DNA of 64,000 nt. Origin: Dehalococcoidia bacterium (GTDB taxonomy: Bacteria > Chloroflexota > Dehalococcoidia > UBA6926). Where the stretch lies: positions 1,123,190 through 1,187,189 of the forward strand of contig OZ242203.1 in the NCBI GenBank assembly GCA_965206275.1. Reading direction: 5' to 3'. The position numbers and the translations under genes are program-made. The notes under the pieces are model-generated. The model saw nothing but the letters and a program-made list of their open reading frames with translations. It made no database searches and was not told the DNA's origin. Positions within the stretch are counted from its first letter, which is position 1, and every line of letters begins with the position of its first letter. Shown here piece by piece: positions 18,353 through 29,779 of this stretch.

Positions 18353-18706
18353 ATGATTTTATTCAAGGAGCCGAGCGTTCAACTGATCCTGCGGGGCGAG
18401 AAGTCGCAGGCGCGCAAGCTGTGGGCGCGAGTACGGGCCAAGGAGGGGGCGGAGCACTTGCTCTACCGTCGCCCGCCGATGACCGGCGAGAAGCCGTTTG
18501 CCAAAATTCTCGTGACGCGTGTGTGGAAGCAGCGTATTGGGGATATGACGCAGGAAGAGGCGCTGGCGGAGGGCTGGCCGGACACGGCGGCGTGGATCGA
18601 GCAGTTCAGCGAGGGGCGTAAGTTCGACCGCCCCGTTGACGAGGTGGAGGTCTACGCGCTGGAGTTTGAGGTCATCGAACGGTTCGAGGAGCCGGTGCCG
18701 GCCTAG
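18353..18706 (+). CDS. ASCH-domain protein
   Basis: LILRGEKSQARK (GxKxxxxR-like), DMTQEEALAEG, YALEFEV. Confidence 0.75.
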   Translation: MILFKEPSVQLILRGEKSQARKLWARVRAKEGAEHLLYRRPPMTGEKPFAKILVTRVWKQRIGDMTQEEALAEGWPDTAAWIEQFSEGRKFDRPVDEVEVYALEFEVIERFEEPVPA

Positions 18707-18716
18707 ACTCCCAAGC

Positions 18717-19190
18717 CTACTCCGGTGGATCGGCTCGCAAGATAAGTACGGGGACGCCGGCACGGCGTATGACACGACCCGAGACACTGCCCGCGATTAA
18801 ATCCGTGACCCTGCCTGCGCCGTGACGCCCCATCGCAATCATGTCGCAGGCGTTGGCCTCTGCCACCTCGAGAATCACGTCCGGCGTGGGCCCCCATTCC
18901 ACCATGGTGTTTACCACGAAGCCGTAGTTCTCAAGATCATCCTTTGCCCCGTTGACGATCTCATCCGCCTCAGTACGGGTCTGAGATTCAATCCCTTCCA
19001 GGTCCTCGCGGGACGGCAGGCGCGGGACGAACCCGAGCCGGATGGAGGAGGGCCCGGGCATTCTGAGGTGAGCAACATGCAGGACGGTAATTTCGACGGT
19101 GGCCGCCACGTCGCCGAACAGCTTGCCCAACCACTCCACGGACGACACATCCTGGCCGGATCCGTCCACCGCCAGCAGTATGCGCGTCAT
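18717..19190 (-). CDS. universal stress protein (UspA family)
   Basis: ILLAVDGS, DMIAMGRHG..GSVSGRVIRRAGVPVLI. Confidence 0.9.
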   Translation of the reverse strand: MTRILLAVDGSGQDVSSVEWLGKLFGDVAATVEITVLHVAHLRMPGPSSIRLGFVPRLPSREDLEGIESQTRTEADEIVNGAKDDLENYGFVVNTMVEWGPTPDVILEVAEANACDMIAMGRHGAGRVTDLIAGSVSGRVIRRAGVPVLILRADPPE

Positions 19191-19255
19191 TGATCGTTCC
19201 TTCCGCTTTCACCCATGAACGATGGGGGCGGGCGTCCTGGCAGCCGAGAAGAACT

Positions 19256-19387
19256 CTATGACGCGGCGCGGCGGCGCCTGAGCCTGCTCATGATGAAGCC
19301 GGCAGCGATGCCGATGACAGGCGCCGCCGTCAGCAGCGCGAGGGAACCGATGATGAGCCAGTGGGTGTAGTCATATCCCAAAATCAT
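19256..19387 (-). CDS. small single-pass membrane protein (43 aa, not in ORF track)
   Basis: MILGYDYTHWLIIGSLALLTAAPVIGIAAGFIMSRLRRRRAAS; same strand as and upstream of the UspA gene. Confidence 0.55.
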   Translation of the reverse strand: MILGYDYTHWLIIGSLALLTAAPVIGIAAGFIMSRLRRRRAAS

Positions 19388-19471
19388 GGTGGTTGCCTTT
19401 GTGCATGGGGCCTTGCCGATTCCATGGTACTCCAGTTAGGGGCGGGCGGCGCGAGGATGACGCGGCTATTC

Positions 19472-19529
19472 AGAACGCATGTTGCAATGTTGCGCGCGGC
19501 GTGATAGTGTCTGTCAGAACGCGCGTTCG
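19472..19529 (+). promoter_or_regulatory. comM promoter with two LexA-type boxes
   Basis: -35 TTGCAA (19482-87), 17 nt, extended -10 TGnTAGTGT (19502-10); AGAAC-GCGC-GTTCG (19516-29, perfect core) and AGAAC-GCAT-GTTGC (19472-85, one mismatch). Confidence 0.7.
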
Positions 19530-19564
19530 TTGTAGTTAGTTTGGCGCGTGTCGGAGGTGTCGGT

Positions 19565-21112
19565 ATGACGTTGGCACAGGTGCGCAGCTGCGCAGTTGTC
19601 GGTCTTGAGGGTTCGATTGTCGAGGTGGAGGTGGACATCGCGCCCGGCCTGCCCGCTTTCACGATTGTGGGGCTGCCGGATACGGCCGTGCAGGAAGCGC
19701 GGGAGCGTGTTCGCGCGGCAATCAGGAATTCCGGGTTTGAGTTTCCGCAGCGTCGAATCACGGTCTCCCTTGCTCCTGCGGACCTTAAGAAGAACGGAAC
19801 GTCCTATGACTTGCCCATCGCCGCGGGTATCCTGATCGGCTCAGGGCAGGCAGGAGCGCAATTCTCGTTGGAGGACGTTGCTTTCCTGGGTGAGCTTTCG
19901 CTTGAGGGGCAGGTGCGGCACACGCAGGGCGTCCTGCCGATGACGGCGCTGGCGCGTGAGGGCGGGCTGACGCAGATCGTTGTTCCGGCTGTCGACGCGC
20001 CGGAGGCTGCACTCGTAGACGGCATTGAGGTGTTGCCTGCGGGCAACCTGCGGGAGCTTGTGGAGCACATCAGCGGTGAGCAGTCGTTTCGTCCGTTCTA
20101 TCAGACGGAACCGCCGGCAGACCCAGGCGGGACGGCAACCATCGACGGTTTTGATATGTCGCTCGTCCGCGGGCAAGAGAATGTAAAGCGAGCCTTGGAG
20201 GTTGCGGCGGCGGGCGGCCACAACCTGGTGATGATGGGACCGCCGGGCAGCGGCAAGACGCTCCTCGCGCGATGCCTGCCGTCCGTTCTTCCCACGATGA
20301 CGCGGGATGAATCATTGGACGTGACGAAGATCTACAGCGTGGCGGGGCTGCTGCCGCCGGAGCGGCCGCTCATCTCTGCCCGTCCGTTCCGCGCGCCGCA
20401 CTACACGGTCTCCAACGCCGGGCTGGTGGGCGGCGGGCATTGGCCGCGCCCGGGCGAGATTACGCTTTCGCATCGCGGCGTGCTGTTCCTAGACGAGATG
20501 CCGGAGTTCGGCCACCACATTTTGGAGGTTCTGCGGCAGCCGTTGGAGGACAAGGCCGTGACGATCAGCCGCGCCCAAGGCTCGATCACATTTCCCGCCA
20601 ATTTCATGCTCGTCGGCGCGATGAACCCCTGCCCATGCGGGTTCTACGGAGACATTGTGAAGGCGTGCTCGTGTTCGCCCTCCGCTATCGACCGTTATCA
20701 GCGCCGCATCAGCGGACCGCTGCTGGATCGCATCGACATCTTCGTTGACGTGCCACGTGTGGAGTACGAGAAGCTGACGGACGAACGGAAAGGCGAGACG
20801 TCGGCGATCGTGCGGAGCCGTGTGGAAGAAGCGCGGACGCGACAGCGGGCGAGATTCGGCAGTTCGTCCGGCGTGCTGACCAACGCGGACATGGGGCCGG
20901 TGGAAGTGCGTGAGTTCTGTGGGCTGGATGATGCATCACACGGACTTTTACGGGCAGCGATGCAGCAACTGCACCTGAGCGCTCGAGGCTACCATCGCAT
21001 TCTCAAGCTGGCTCGGACGATTGCGGACCTGGCGGAGGAGCCGACCATCACGTCCCGACATCTGAGCGAGGCGTTGCAGTATCGGCCGCGTGAGTTGGGC
21101 GCGGCGGCGTAG
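19565..21112 (+). CDS. comM: ComM/YifB Mg-chelatase-like AAA+ ATPase
   Basis: IVGLPDTAVQEARERV, GPPGSGKT, RPGEITLSHRGVLFLDE, AMNPCPCG, ARTIADL; GGAGGTG SD. Confidence 0.93.
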   Translation: MTLAQVRSCAVVGLEGSIVEVEVDIAPGLPAFTIVGLPDTAVQEARERVRAAIRNSGFEFPQRRITVSLAPADLKKNGTSYDLPIAAGILIGSGQAGAQFSLEDVAFLGELSLEGQVRHTQGVLPMTALAREGGLTQIVVPAVDAPEAALVDGIEVLPAGNLRELVEHISGEQSFRPFYQTEPPADPGGTATIDGFDMSLVRGQENVKRALEVAAAGGHNLVMMGPPGSGKTLLARCLPSVLPTMTRDESLDVTKIYSVAGLLPPERPLISARPFRAPHYTVSNAGLVGGGHWPRPGEITLSHRGVLFLDEMPEFGHHILEVLRQPLEDKAVTISRAQGSITFPANFMLVGAMNPCPCGFYGDIVKACSCSPSAIDRYQRRISGPLLDRIDIFVDVPRVEYEKLTDERKGETSAIVRSRVEEARTRQRARFGSSSGVLTNADMGPVEVREFCGLDDASHGLLRAAMQQLHLSARGYHRILKLARTIADLAEEPTITSRHLSEALQYRPRELGAAA

Positions 21113-21116
21113 CTCA

Positions 21117-21190
21117 CCCTTCGACAAGCTCAGGGTGAACGGGGGCACATCCCTCAGAGTGAGCGGACAGCGGAGTATTGGATTCCCGCC
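21117..21190 (+). repeat. mosaic short palindromic elements (type C plus partial C and truncated A)
   Basis: CCCTTCGACAAGCTCAGGGTGAACGG (21117-42), CTCAGAGTGAGCGG, TGGATTCCCGCC. Confidence 0.75.
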
Positions 21191-21191
21191 C

Positions 21192-22448
21192 CTACGCAAC
21201 GCGAATTGGGTGCGGAAGGGGTTGGTTGAAGAGGTAGCCCTTCTCGTTGAAGGGAACGTGATCAGGCTGCGTATTTCCGGCAGTGTCAGTCGCGCGTGTC
21301 ATGATTGTGTGCTCGCCTGCCTCGGCGTCCCAGGTGAACTCGAACCGCGCCCATGAGTAGTCGGGTTGCTCGCGGGATAGCTCTGCATTGCGCCATGTCC
21401 GTCCGCCATCCATGCTCCATTCAACCTGGGAGATAGATCCTGCGGGCGAATGAGCGTAGCCGTGGATACGATGCCGTCCCTGCTCCAGTTGCGCCGGCCA
21501 TGACAGCGCAAGCGCGCTCTTGATGACCTGCATCGTGACGGGCTTGCCGCGTGCCTCGCCCTCGGCCGGGTAGTCGTTCCCGATAAGCACATAGGAGGTT
21601 GTGTTGTTGCGCGTCCATAGCTGCTCCGAGGACACAACAACCCTGCCAAGCCACTTGATGTGCGAACTGCCGACCCAGCCCGGCACGATGGCGCGCAGGG
21701 GAAAGCCGTGGTCTTTCGGCAGCGGCTCGCCGTTCAGCGAGTAGGCCAGCAGGGTATCGGAATCCATTGCCTTTTCGACGGGCAGCACATAGCGAAAGCC
21801 GTTCTCGGGGGCCTCCGTATCCAGGCCGACCAGCAGCACGCTCACCGCTTCATCAGTGATGCCTGCAAGCGTCAGGACATCACGCAGCGCCACTCCCGTC
21901 CATTCACCGTTCCCGATCGCGCCCCTCTCCCACTGCGTCCCCTTTGCCTCCCGGCCCTGTAAGATGCCGAACATGGCGCGATGATTGCCCGCGCACTCCA
22001 GGTAGGAGACCAGGGTGCGATTCGGCAGGCGCTGCAACTCTTCGAACGAGAGTTGGACGGGTTCAGCTACCGCGTCACCTTCAATGGACAGCTGCCATGC
22101 GGACGCATCAATGTCGGGGGTTGGGCCGTTATTGCGGACGAAGAACAGGTCGTTGGGGGTTATGAGGTCGTGCAGGTTCTCAAGTCGGGCTTCAAGGCCG
22201 ATGTCGTCGCGGGCGATAAAAGGCCCGGGGTCTTTGAAGAGCAGGCGCTGTCGCACCGCCGTCGCCGTTGGATCAGCAGAATCACCCGTGAACAGGTTGC
22301 CTGAACATGCGGTGATGACAGCCGCCGCGCCGCCAATTATCAGGAGCCGCAGGAATTCACGTCGATCCATACCGTTCGCGCTGGCGAACTTCCAGAGGGA
22401 TTCATCCTCCGGTCTCTCTATGGTGGGTTGCGTGTCGTTATTCGTCAT
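21192..22448 (-). CDS. sulfite oxidase-family molybdopterin oxidoreductase, Tat-exported
   Basis: DRREFLR Tat motif, FFVRNN, LECAGN, DHGFPLRAIVPGW.G...IKWL, C-terminal dimerisation domain. Confidence 0.9.
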   Translation of the reverse strand: MTNNDTQPTIERPEDESLWKFASANGMDRREFLRLLIIGGAAAVITACSGNLFTGDSADPTATAVRQRLLFKDPGPFIARDDIGLEARLENLHDLITPNDLFFVRNNGPTPDIDASAWQLSIEGDAVAEPVQLSFEELQRLPNRTLVSYLECAGNHRAMFGILQGREAKGTQWERGAIGNGEWTGVALRDVLTLAGITDEAVSVLLVGLDTEAPENGFRYVLPVEKAMDSDTLLAYSLNGEPLPKDHGFPLRAIVPGWVGSSHIKWLGRVVVSSEQLWTRNNTTSYVLIGNDYPAEGEARGKPVTMQVIKSALALSWPAQLEQGRHRIHGYAHSPAGSISQVEWSMDGGRTWRNAELSREQPDYSWARFEFTWDAEAGEHTIMTRATDTAGNTQPDHVPFNEKGYLFNQPLPHPIRVA

Positions 22449-22633
22449 TGGGGTCCCAGATGAGGCGTCTGGATCACATCAGTATTGTGCCGTATGCGTT
22501 GAGGCTGTCGAACTTGACCTCAATAGGGGCGTGTAGCTACGATATTGTGTCAAAAGTCACAAAGTAGACTTCATTTTGACGCCGCAGAGCATCTTTAGCG
22601 GCGCTTTAAGCAAAGACAAGGCTGAAAAACCAT

Positions 22634-23320
22634 ATGACAAGCGCAAACGGATCGACACTGACCCTCGAGGGCGAGCGGCGTGAGGCGCTGGGCCGCCACG
22701 TGAAGGCACTCCGGCGGGACGGCATCACGCCGGCCAACCTCTATGGCCGCGGCGCGGACTCCATCAGCTTCCAGGCTGAGACGCGCGCGCTGGACAAGCT
22801 GGTCACGGACGGCGGGCGCGGATCGCTGGTTGAACTGACCATCGACGGGGAGAAGCATCAGACACTTCTCCGCGGCCTGCAGCGGCACCCGGTGACACGG
22901 GCCATCCTGCACGCGGACTTCTACATCGTGGAGATGAACCGGCCGGTTCAGACGACGGTTCCGGTGCACCTGGTGGGCGACGCCCCCGCAGCGCGGCTGC
23001 CGGGAGCGGTCATCACGCACCTGACCCACGAGGTCACCATCGAATGCCTGCCGGCCAACATTCCGGCCGCCGTCGAGCTGGATGTGACCGTCCTGGAGGA
23101 ACTGGAAACGTCGCTCCACGTTTCGGACATCACTGCGCCGGAGGGCGTGGAGATCCTGACTGATTCAGAGACGATCATCGTGCGGGCGACACACTCCCGC
23201 GTGGCGGCGACCATCGAGGCGGAAGATGCCGAGGCCGCTGAGGAAGAGGCCGCCGAGGCCGCGGAAGGCGCTGCTGCGGAGGCTGCGGCACCCGCAGAGG
23301 AGTCTTCCGGGGACGAGTAG
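22634..23320 (+). CDS. rplY: 50S ribosomal protein L25 (long Ctc type)
   Basis: LRRDGITPANLYG, QRHPV....LHADF, C-terminal domain and acidic tail. Confidence 0.93.
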   Translation: MTSANGSTLTLEGERREALGRHVKALRRDGITPANLYGRGADSISFQAETRALDKLVTDGGRGSLVELTIDGEKHQTLLRGLQRHPVTRAILHADFYIVEMNRPVQTTVPVHLVGDAPAARLPGAVITHLTHEVTIECLPANIPAAVELDVTVLEELETSLHVSDITAPEGVEILTDSETIIVRATHSRVAATIEAEDAEAAEEEAAEAAEGAAAEAAAPAEESSGDE

Positions 23321-23426
23321 GGGACTGCACCGACAGGGTGCGATCCCCACCCTGGCTCTCCTTCGCGATGGAAGAGGGAATCCCTCTTGGTTGGCGTTAC
23401 AGCGTTGGTTGCACAAGGACGACTTT

Positions 23427-23595
23427 AGATTCCTCGGCTGTGCTCGGAATGACATTTAAGCCGCCCTGCGGGCGGCACTGGATTCCCGTTTTCGCGGGAA
23501 TGGCGGGGGGCCCTCCGACTACGCCCAGGCTGACCGGATGCTGCGCTCAGGGTGAGCAGGAGAGGCGGCCCTTCGGCCATGCTCAGACCGAGCGG
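23427..23595 (+). repeat. mosaic of short palindromic elements (B, A, degenerate C copies)
   Basis: AGATTCCTCGGCTGTGCTCGGAATGACA (23427-54), TGGATTCCCGTTTTCGCGGGAATGGC (23479-504), degenerate C units 23511-23595. Confidence 0.75.
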
Positions 23596-23685
23596 TCTCC
23601 GGGATGTTTGGCGAAGCGTTAAGAGCATGTCCGGGAACGGCGTGGGCACGCGATTCCTGCCACTTGAGACGTGGCGTTGACATTT

Positions 23686-23714
23686 TTGAGCGGGATTCGA
23701 ATTTCTGGTAGAAT
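23686..23714 (+). promoter_or_regulatory. putative sigma-70 promoter of gyrB
   Basis: TTGAGC, 17 nt, extended -10 TGnTAGAAT. Confidence 0.5.
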
Positions 23715-23955
23715 AGATATAGGTTGCGGCCGTATCTGCGAGAGGCGCTGAGTCGTATCTGAAAACGGCCCTTTGGACAACACTGGGGGCGCATCTGAAT
23801 CGGCTCTGTGGAAGGAGCGGAACGGACGCAAATGCGCGGGGAAAGGTAAGCAACAAGAACGGCGCTTCGCGAGACGCATATAGGTGGCGTACATATAGCA
23901 AATCTGTGGCCACTGTCGACTCACGTGATTGTCGCTCACTAAAGGGGTGAACTAG

Positions 23956-26604
<2,649 letters not shown>

Positions 26605-26608
26605 CTCG

Positions 26609-26678
26609 CCCTTCGACAGGCTCAGGGCGAGCGGGGCGAATCACCGATTTAGATTCCTCGGCTACGCTCGGAATGACA
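26609..26678 (+). repeat. mosaic short palindromic elements (C then B)
   Basis: CCCTTCGACAGGCTCAGGGCGAGCGG (26609-34), AGATTCCTCGGCTACGCTCGGAATGACA (26651-78). Confidence 0.8.
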
Positions 26679-26681
26679 GAG

Positions 26682-26981
26682 ATGGCCATCGTCGTCGGTT
26701 ATACCGTTCTTGAGCTGCGGCTGCCTGAGGCGATGTCGTTGAAGGACAAGCGGCAGGTGATCAAGAGCGTCATCGAGCGTGTGAAGCGCCGCTACAACGT
26801 CTCCATCAGCGAGGTTGGCGAGCACGATTCGCCACGGATGGCACTGCTGGGGGTGTCATGCGTGGGGCAATCCGAGGTGGGGTGCCGCCGGACGCTGGAC
26901 AACGTCGCTGAGTACGTCTACACCTCACGCCCGGATGCGGAAGTCATGCCGCATGTGGTTGAGATCGTGGGGGTGGGGTGA
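26682..26981 (+). CDS. DUF503 (YlxP-like) protein
   Basis: SLKDKRQVIKS....KRRYNVSISEV. Confidence 0.85.
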   Translation: MAIVVGYTVLELRLPEAMSLKDKRQVIKSVIERVKRRYNVSISEVGEHDSPRMALLGVSCVGQSEVGCRRTLDNVAEYVYTSRPDAEVMPHVVEIVGVG

Positions 26982-27024
26982 GGGGCACGATACAATTTCA
27001 GCAAGCAGGTAGTGGGGTGTGGGT

Positions 27025-27684
27025 ATGCCGATTCAGAGATTCGTTGTGGGGCCGATGGGGAACAACACCTACGTGGTGTTTGACGAAGCGTCGAAAGAGG
27101 CGGCGCTTGTCGATCCGGCTAAGGGTTCGGGGCCGGTGTTGGTGTGGATGCAGACGCACGGGCTACTGCCCAAGTACGTCCTCAACACACACGGCCATTC
27201 CGACCACACCTTCGACAACGGACTAGCGATGGACGGATCCGACGCGGACCTGATGATCGGTGAGCCGGATGAGGCGATGCTGGAACAGCTGGCGAAGGGT
27301 GACGGATGGCTGGGCAAGCCTGAGATGCCCTCTCCGATGGCGGACGCGTACCTGGAGCACGAGCAGGAGCTTGTGCTCGGGTCGACGGCGATCCGCGTGC
27401 TGCACACGCCGGGCCATACGCCGGGGAGCAGCTGCTTCGTCTACGAGGACGCCGTGTTGACGGGCGACACGCTGTTCCAGGGGTCAATCGGGCGTACGGA
27501 TTTCCCGGGCGGGTCGTTCCCGGAGATCGTCAGGTCGATTGAAGCCCACCTCTACACGCTGGCGCCAACGACGCGGGTGCTTCCCGGTCACATGGAGGTC
27601 TCGACAATCATCGACGAGAAGCAGCACAACCCGTTCGTCGGCGAGGGGGCGCGGATCAATCTTTCCCAGCTACAGCAGGACTAA
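27025..27684 (+). CDS. MBL-fold metallo-hydrolase (glyoxalase II-like)
   Basis: THGHSDH, HTPGHTPG, TGDTLF..SIGRTD, PGH. Confidence 0.9.
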   Translation: MPIQRFVVGPMGNNTYVVFDEASKEAALVDPAKGSGPVLVWMQTHGLLPKYVLNTHGHSDHTFDNGLAMDGSDADLMIGEPDEAMLEQLAKGDGWLGKPEMPSPMADAYLEHEQELVLGSTAIRVLHTPGHTPGSSCFVYEDAVLTGDTLFQGSIGRTDFPGGSFPEIVRSIEAHLYTLAPTTRVLPGHMEVSTIIDEKQHNPFVGEGARINLSQLQQD

Positions 27685-27701
27685 CGGGCGCCGTCAGGGT
27701 C

Positions 27702-27944
27702 ATGAGCACGCCGGACCAAAGAGCCGGGGGCGGAGATTCGCCGCAGCTGCAGGCGCTGAAGGCGGCGCAGGAGCGGGTGAACGCGTTGCGGTCGGGGCTT
27801 GAGCGGCCGCCGCTGAAGAACGGAGACTCCGGGGACACGTACGCGCAAGAGCTGGTGACGGCGATGAATCGTTTGATGTCTTTGATCCGGCACGCGGCAC
27901 CGGAGGATGTGGCGGCGTTCGACGAATGGCGGAACAGGCCGTAG
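27702..27944 (+). CDS. hypothetical protein
   Basis: 80-aa ORF filling the gap between same-strand genes; no motif recognised. Confidence 0.5.
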   Translation: MSTPDQRAGGGDSPQLQALKAAQERVNALRSGLERPPLKNGDSGDTYAQELVTAMNRLMSLIRHAAPEDVAAFDEWRNRP

Positions 27945-28044
27945 ATTCGTACGTGGTATACACTGGAATGGCTGGCCGGACGGGCATCTCAAGGCTTCTG
28001 GTGGGGGAGCGGCCGTCCGGTGATTCCACCTCACAAGCACGGCC

Positions 28045-29193
28045 ATGACAACGAACAAGAAAGACTATTACGACGTTCTTGGACTGTCCCGCAACGCCTC
28101 CGCAGAGGACGTGAAGCGGGCTTTCCGTAAGCTTGCCTTTGAGCACCACCCGGACCGCAATCGCTCCTCGGACGCCGAGCAGAAGTTCAAGGAGATCAAC
28201 GAGGCGTACGAGGTTCTGCGCGACGAGCGCAAACGGGCCGCGTATGACCGCTTCGGCCACGCAGGCCTGAACGGGGCGGACGGGTTTGCCAACGGTGACG
28301 CATTTTCAGGCTTCGGCGGCTTTGGCGACATCTTCGATGCGTTCTTCGGCGGGATGCGCGGCCGGCAAGGCCAGCGCGGCGGCCCGCAGCGCGGCGATGA
28401 CCTCGCCATGCGGATGCAGCTACCGTTTGCGGACGCGGTGCTGGGTGTTGAGAAAGACATCAAGGTCTCCCGCAATGAAATGTGTCAGCCGTGCAAGGGA
28501 TCGGGAGCAGAGCCCGGGACGCAACCGGAGGCGTGCGCCGCCTGCAACGGAACCGGCGAGATTCGTCGCAGCCAGCAGAGCATCTTCGGCCAGTATGTGA
28601 ACATCAGCGCCTGCGGACGGTGCCATGGCGAGGGCAAGGTCATCACGAGCCCGTGTGTTGAGTGCCGCGGGGCGGGGCGGATCAAGCGGGAGCTATCCGT
28701 GCGCGTCACCGTGCCGCCGGGAGTGGACACCGGCAATCGGATCCGTCTCGGCGGCGAGGGCGAGGCCGGCGCGAACGGCGGGCCGCCCGGAGATCTCTAT
28801 ATTGAGCTTGACGTGGCGCCGAGTGCCGTGTTTGAGCGGGAGGGGCGGCACCTGTTCCACCGCGTGCCCATCAACATCGCGCAGGCAGCGCTCGGGGCGG
28901 AAATCACCATCCCGACGCTGGAGGGCGATGAGCCGTTCTATATCCCGGCCGGAGTGCAGTCCGGACAGTCGTTCAGGATCAAGGGGCGCGGCGTGACTGA
29001 CCCGAAGAACCAGCGCGCCCGCGGCGATCTTTTTGTCGTCGCATCAGTTCACGTGCCTGACCAACTCACGGATGAACAGCGACAATTGCTGGAGCAGCTT
29101 GCCGCGACACTGCCGGCCCCGCCCGAGAACGGGCAGGATGGCGAACGCGAGGGCGGTGGCTTCATGGACTGGATCAAGAACACGTTTCGCTAG
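28045..29193 (+). CDS. dnaJ: molecular chaperone DnaJ
   Basis: J-domain HPD, G/F region, four CxxCxGxG repeats. Confidence 0.96.
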   Translation: MTTNKKDYYDVLGLSRNASAEDVKRAFRKLAFEHHPDRNRSSDAEQKFKEINEAYEVLRDERKRAAYDRFGHAGLNGADGFANGDAFSGFGGFGDIFDAFFGGMRGRQGQRGGPQRGDDLAMRMQLPFADAVLGVEKDIKVSRNEMCQPCKGSGAEPGTQPEACAACNGTGEIRRSQQSIFGQYVNISACGRCHGEGKVITSPCVECRGAGRIKRELSVRVTVPPGVDTGNRIRLGGEGEAGANGGPPGDLYIELDVAPSAVFEREGRHLFHRVPINIAQAALGAEITIPTLEGDEPFYIPAGVQSGQSFRIKGRGVTDPKNQRARGDLFVVASVHVPDQLTDEQRQLLEQLAATLPAPPENGQDGEREGGGFMDWIKNTFR

Positions 29194-29210
29194 TCAGCGG
29201 GGGTGGGGAG

Positions 29211-29732
29211 ATGAACGGCGTACAGGTGTTGACCCGGGAGATGCGGGAGATCCAGACGAGCCTGCTCCGTGAACTGGAGCCGCTGACGGAAGAGAATATC
29301 TACTACGCGCCGATTCCCGGCGCGACGACCATCGCGTTCATCGCCTGGCACATCACCCGCACGCTTGATGACGCGGTGCATATTTCCATACCGGTGGAAC
29401 CGAAGCCGACAATCTGGGCGTCGCAGGGCTACCACGAGAAGTTCGTCATGCCGGCCGGGGAGGGCACGGGCACCGGGTTCACTGCGGACCAGGTGGGAGA
29501 CTTTCGTCCTGGCCTTGAACTACTGCGGTCGTACGCGACAGAGGTGGGGCCGACAATCCCCGCGGCGTTCGAAGACATGACGGACGACGATCTGGATAGG
29601 GTGATGGACGAGGAGCGGCCTGATCGGACGCTTGCGCGCCTGCTTCAGACGTTCATCATCGGGCACACGTTCTACCACCTGGGAGAGATCCGGTACCTCA
29701 AGGGCATGCAGGGCATGCCGTTCCCGCTTTAG
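29211..29732 (+). CDS. DinB-family protein
   Basis: TIAFIAWH, C-terminal H...HLGEIRYLKG. Confidence 0.8.
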   Translation: MNGVQVLTREMREIQTSLLRELEPLTEENIYYAPIPGATTIAFIAWHITRTLDDAVHISIPVEPKPTIWASQGYHEKFVMPAGEGTGTGFTADQVGDFRPGLELLRSYATEVGPTIPAAFEDMTDDDLDRVMDEERPDRTLARLLQTFIIGHTFYHLGEIRYLKGMQGMPFPL

Positions 29733-29779
29733 GCGTGCGGCGGAACGCTTCTGTAAGGGGCAGAGCCCCTTCTACCCCT

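Noticed and set aside
23856-23869. LexA-like site AGAAC-GGCG-CTTCG in the gyrB leader
   Set aside because: Mismatch in the conserved GTTC half and far from the predicted promoter; likely chance
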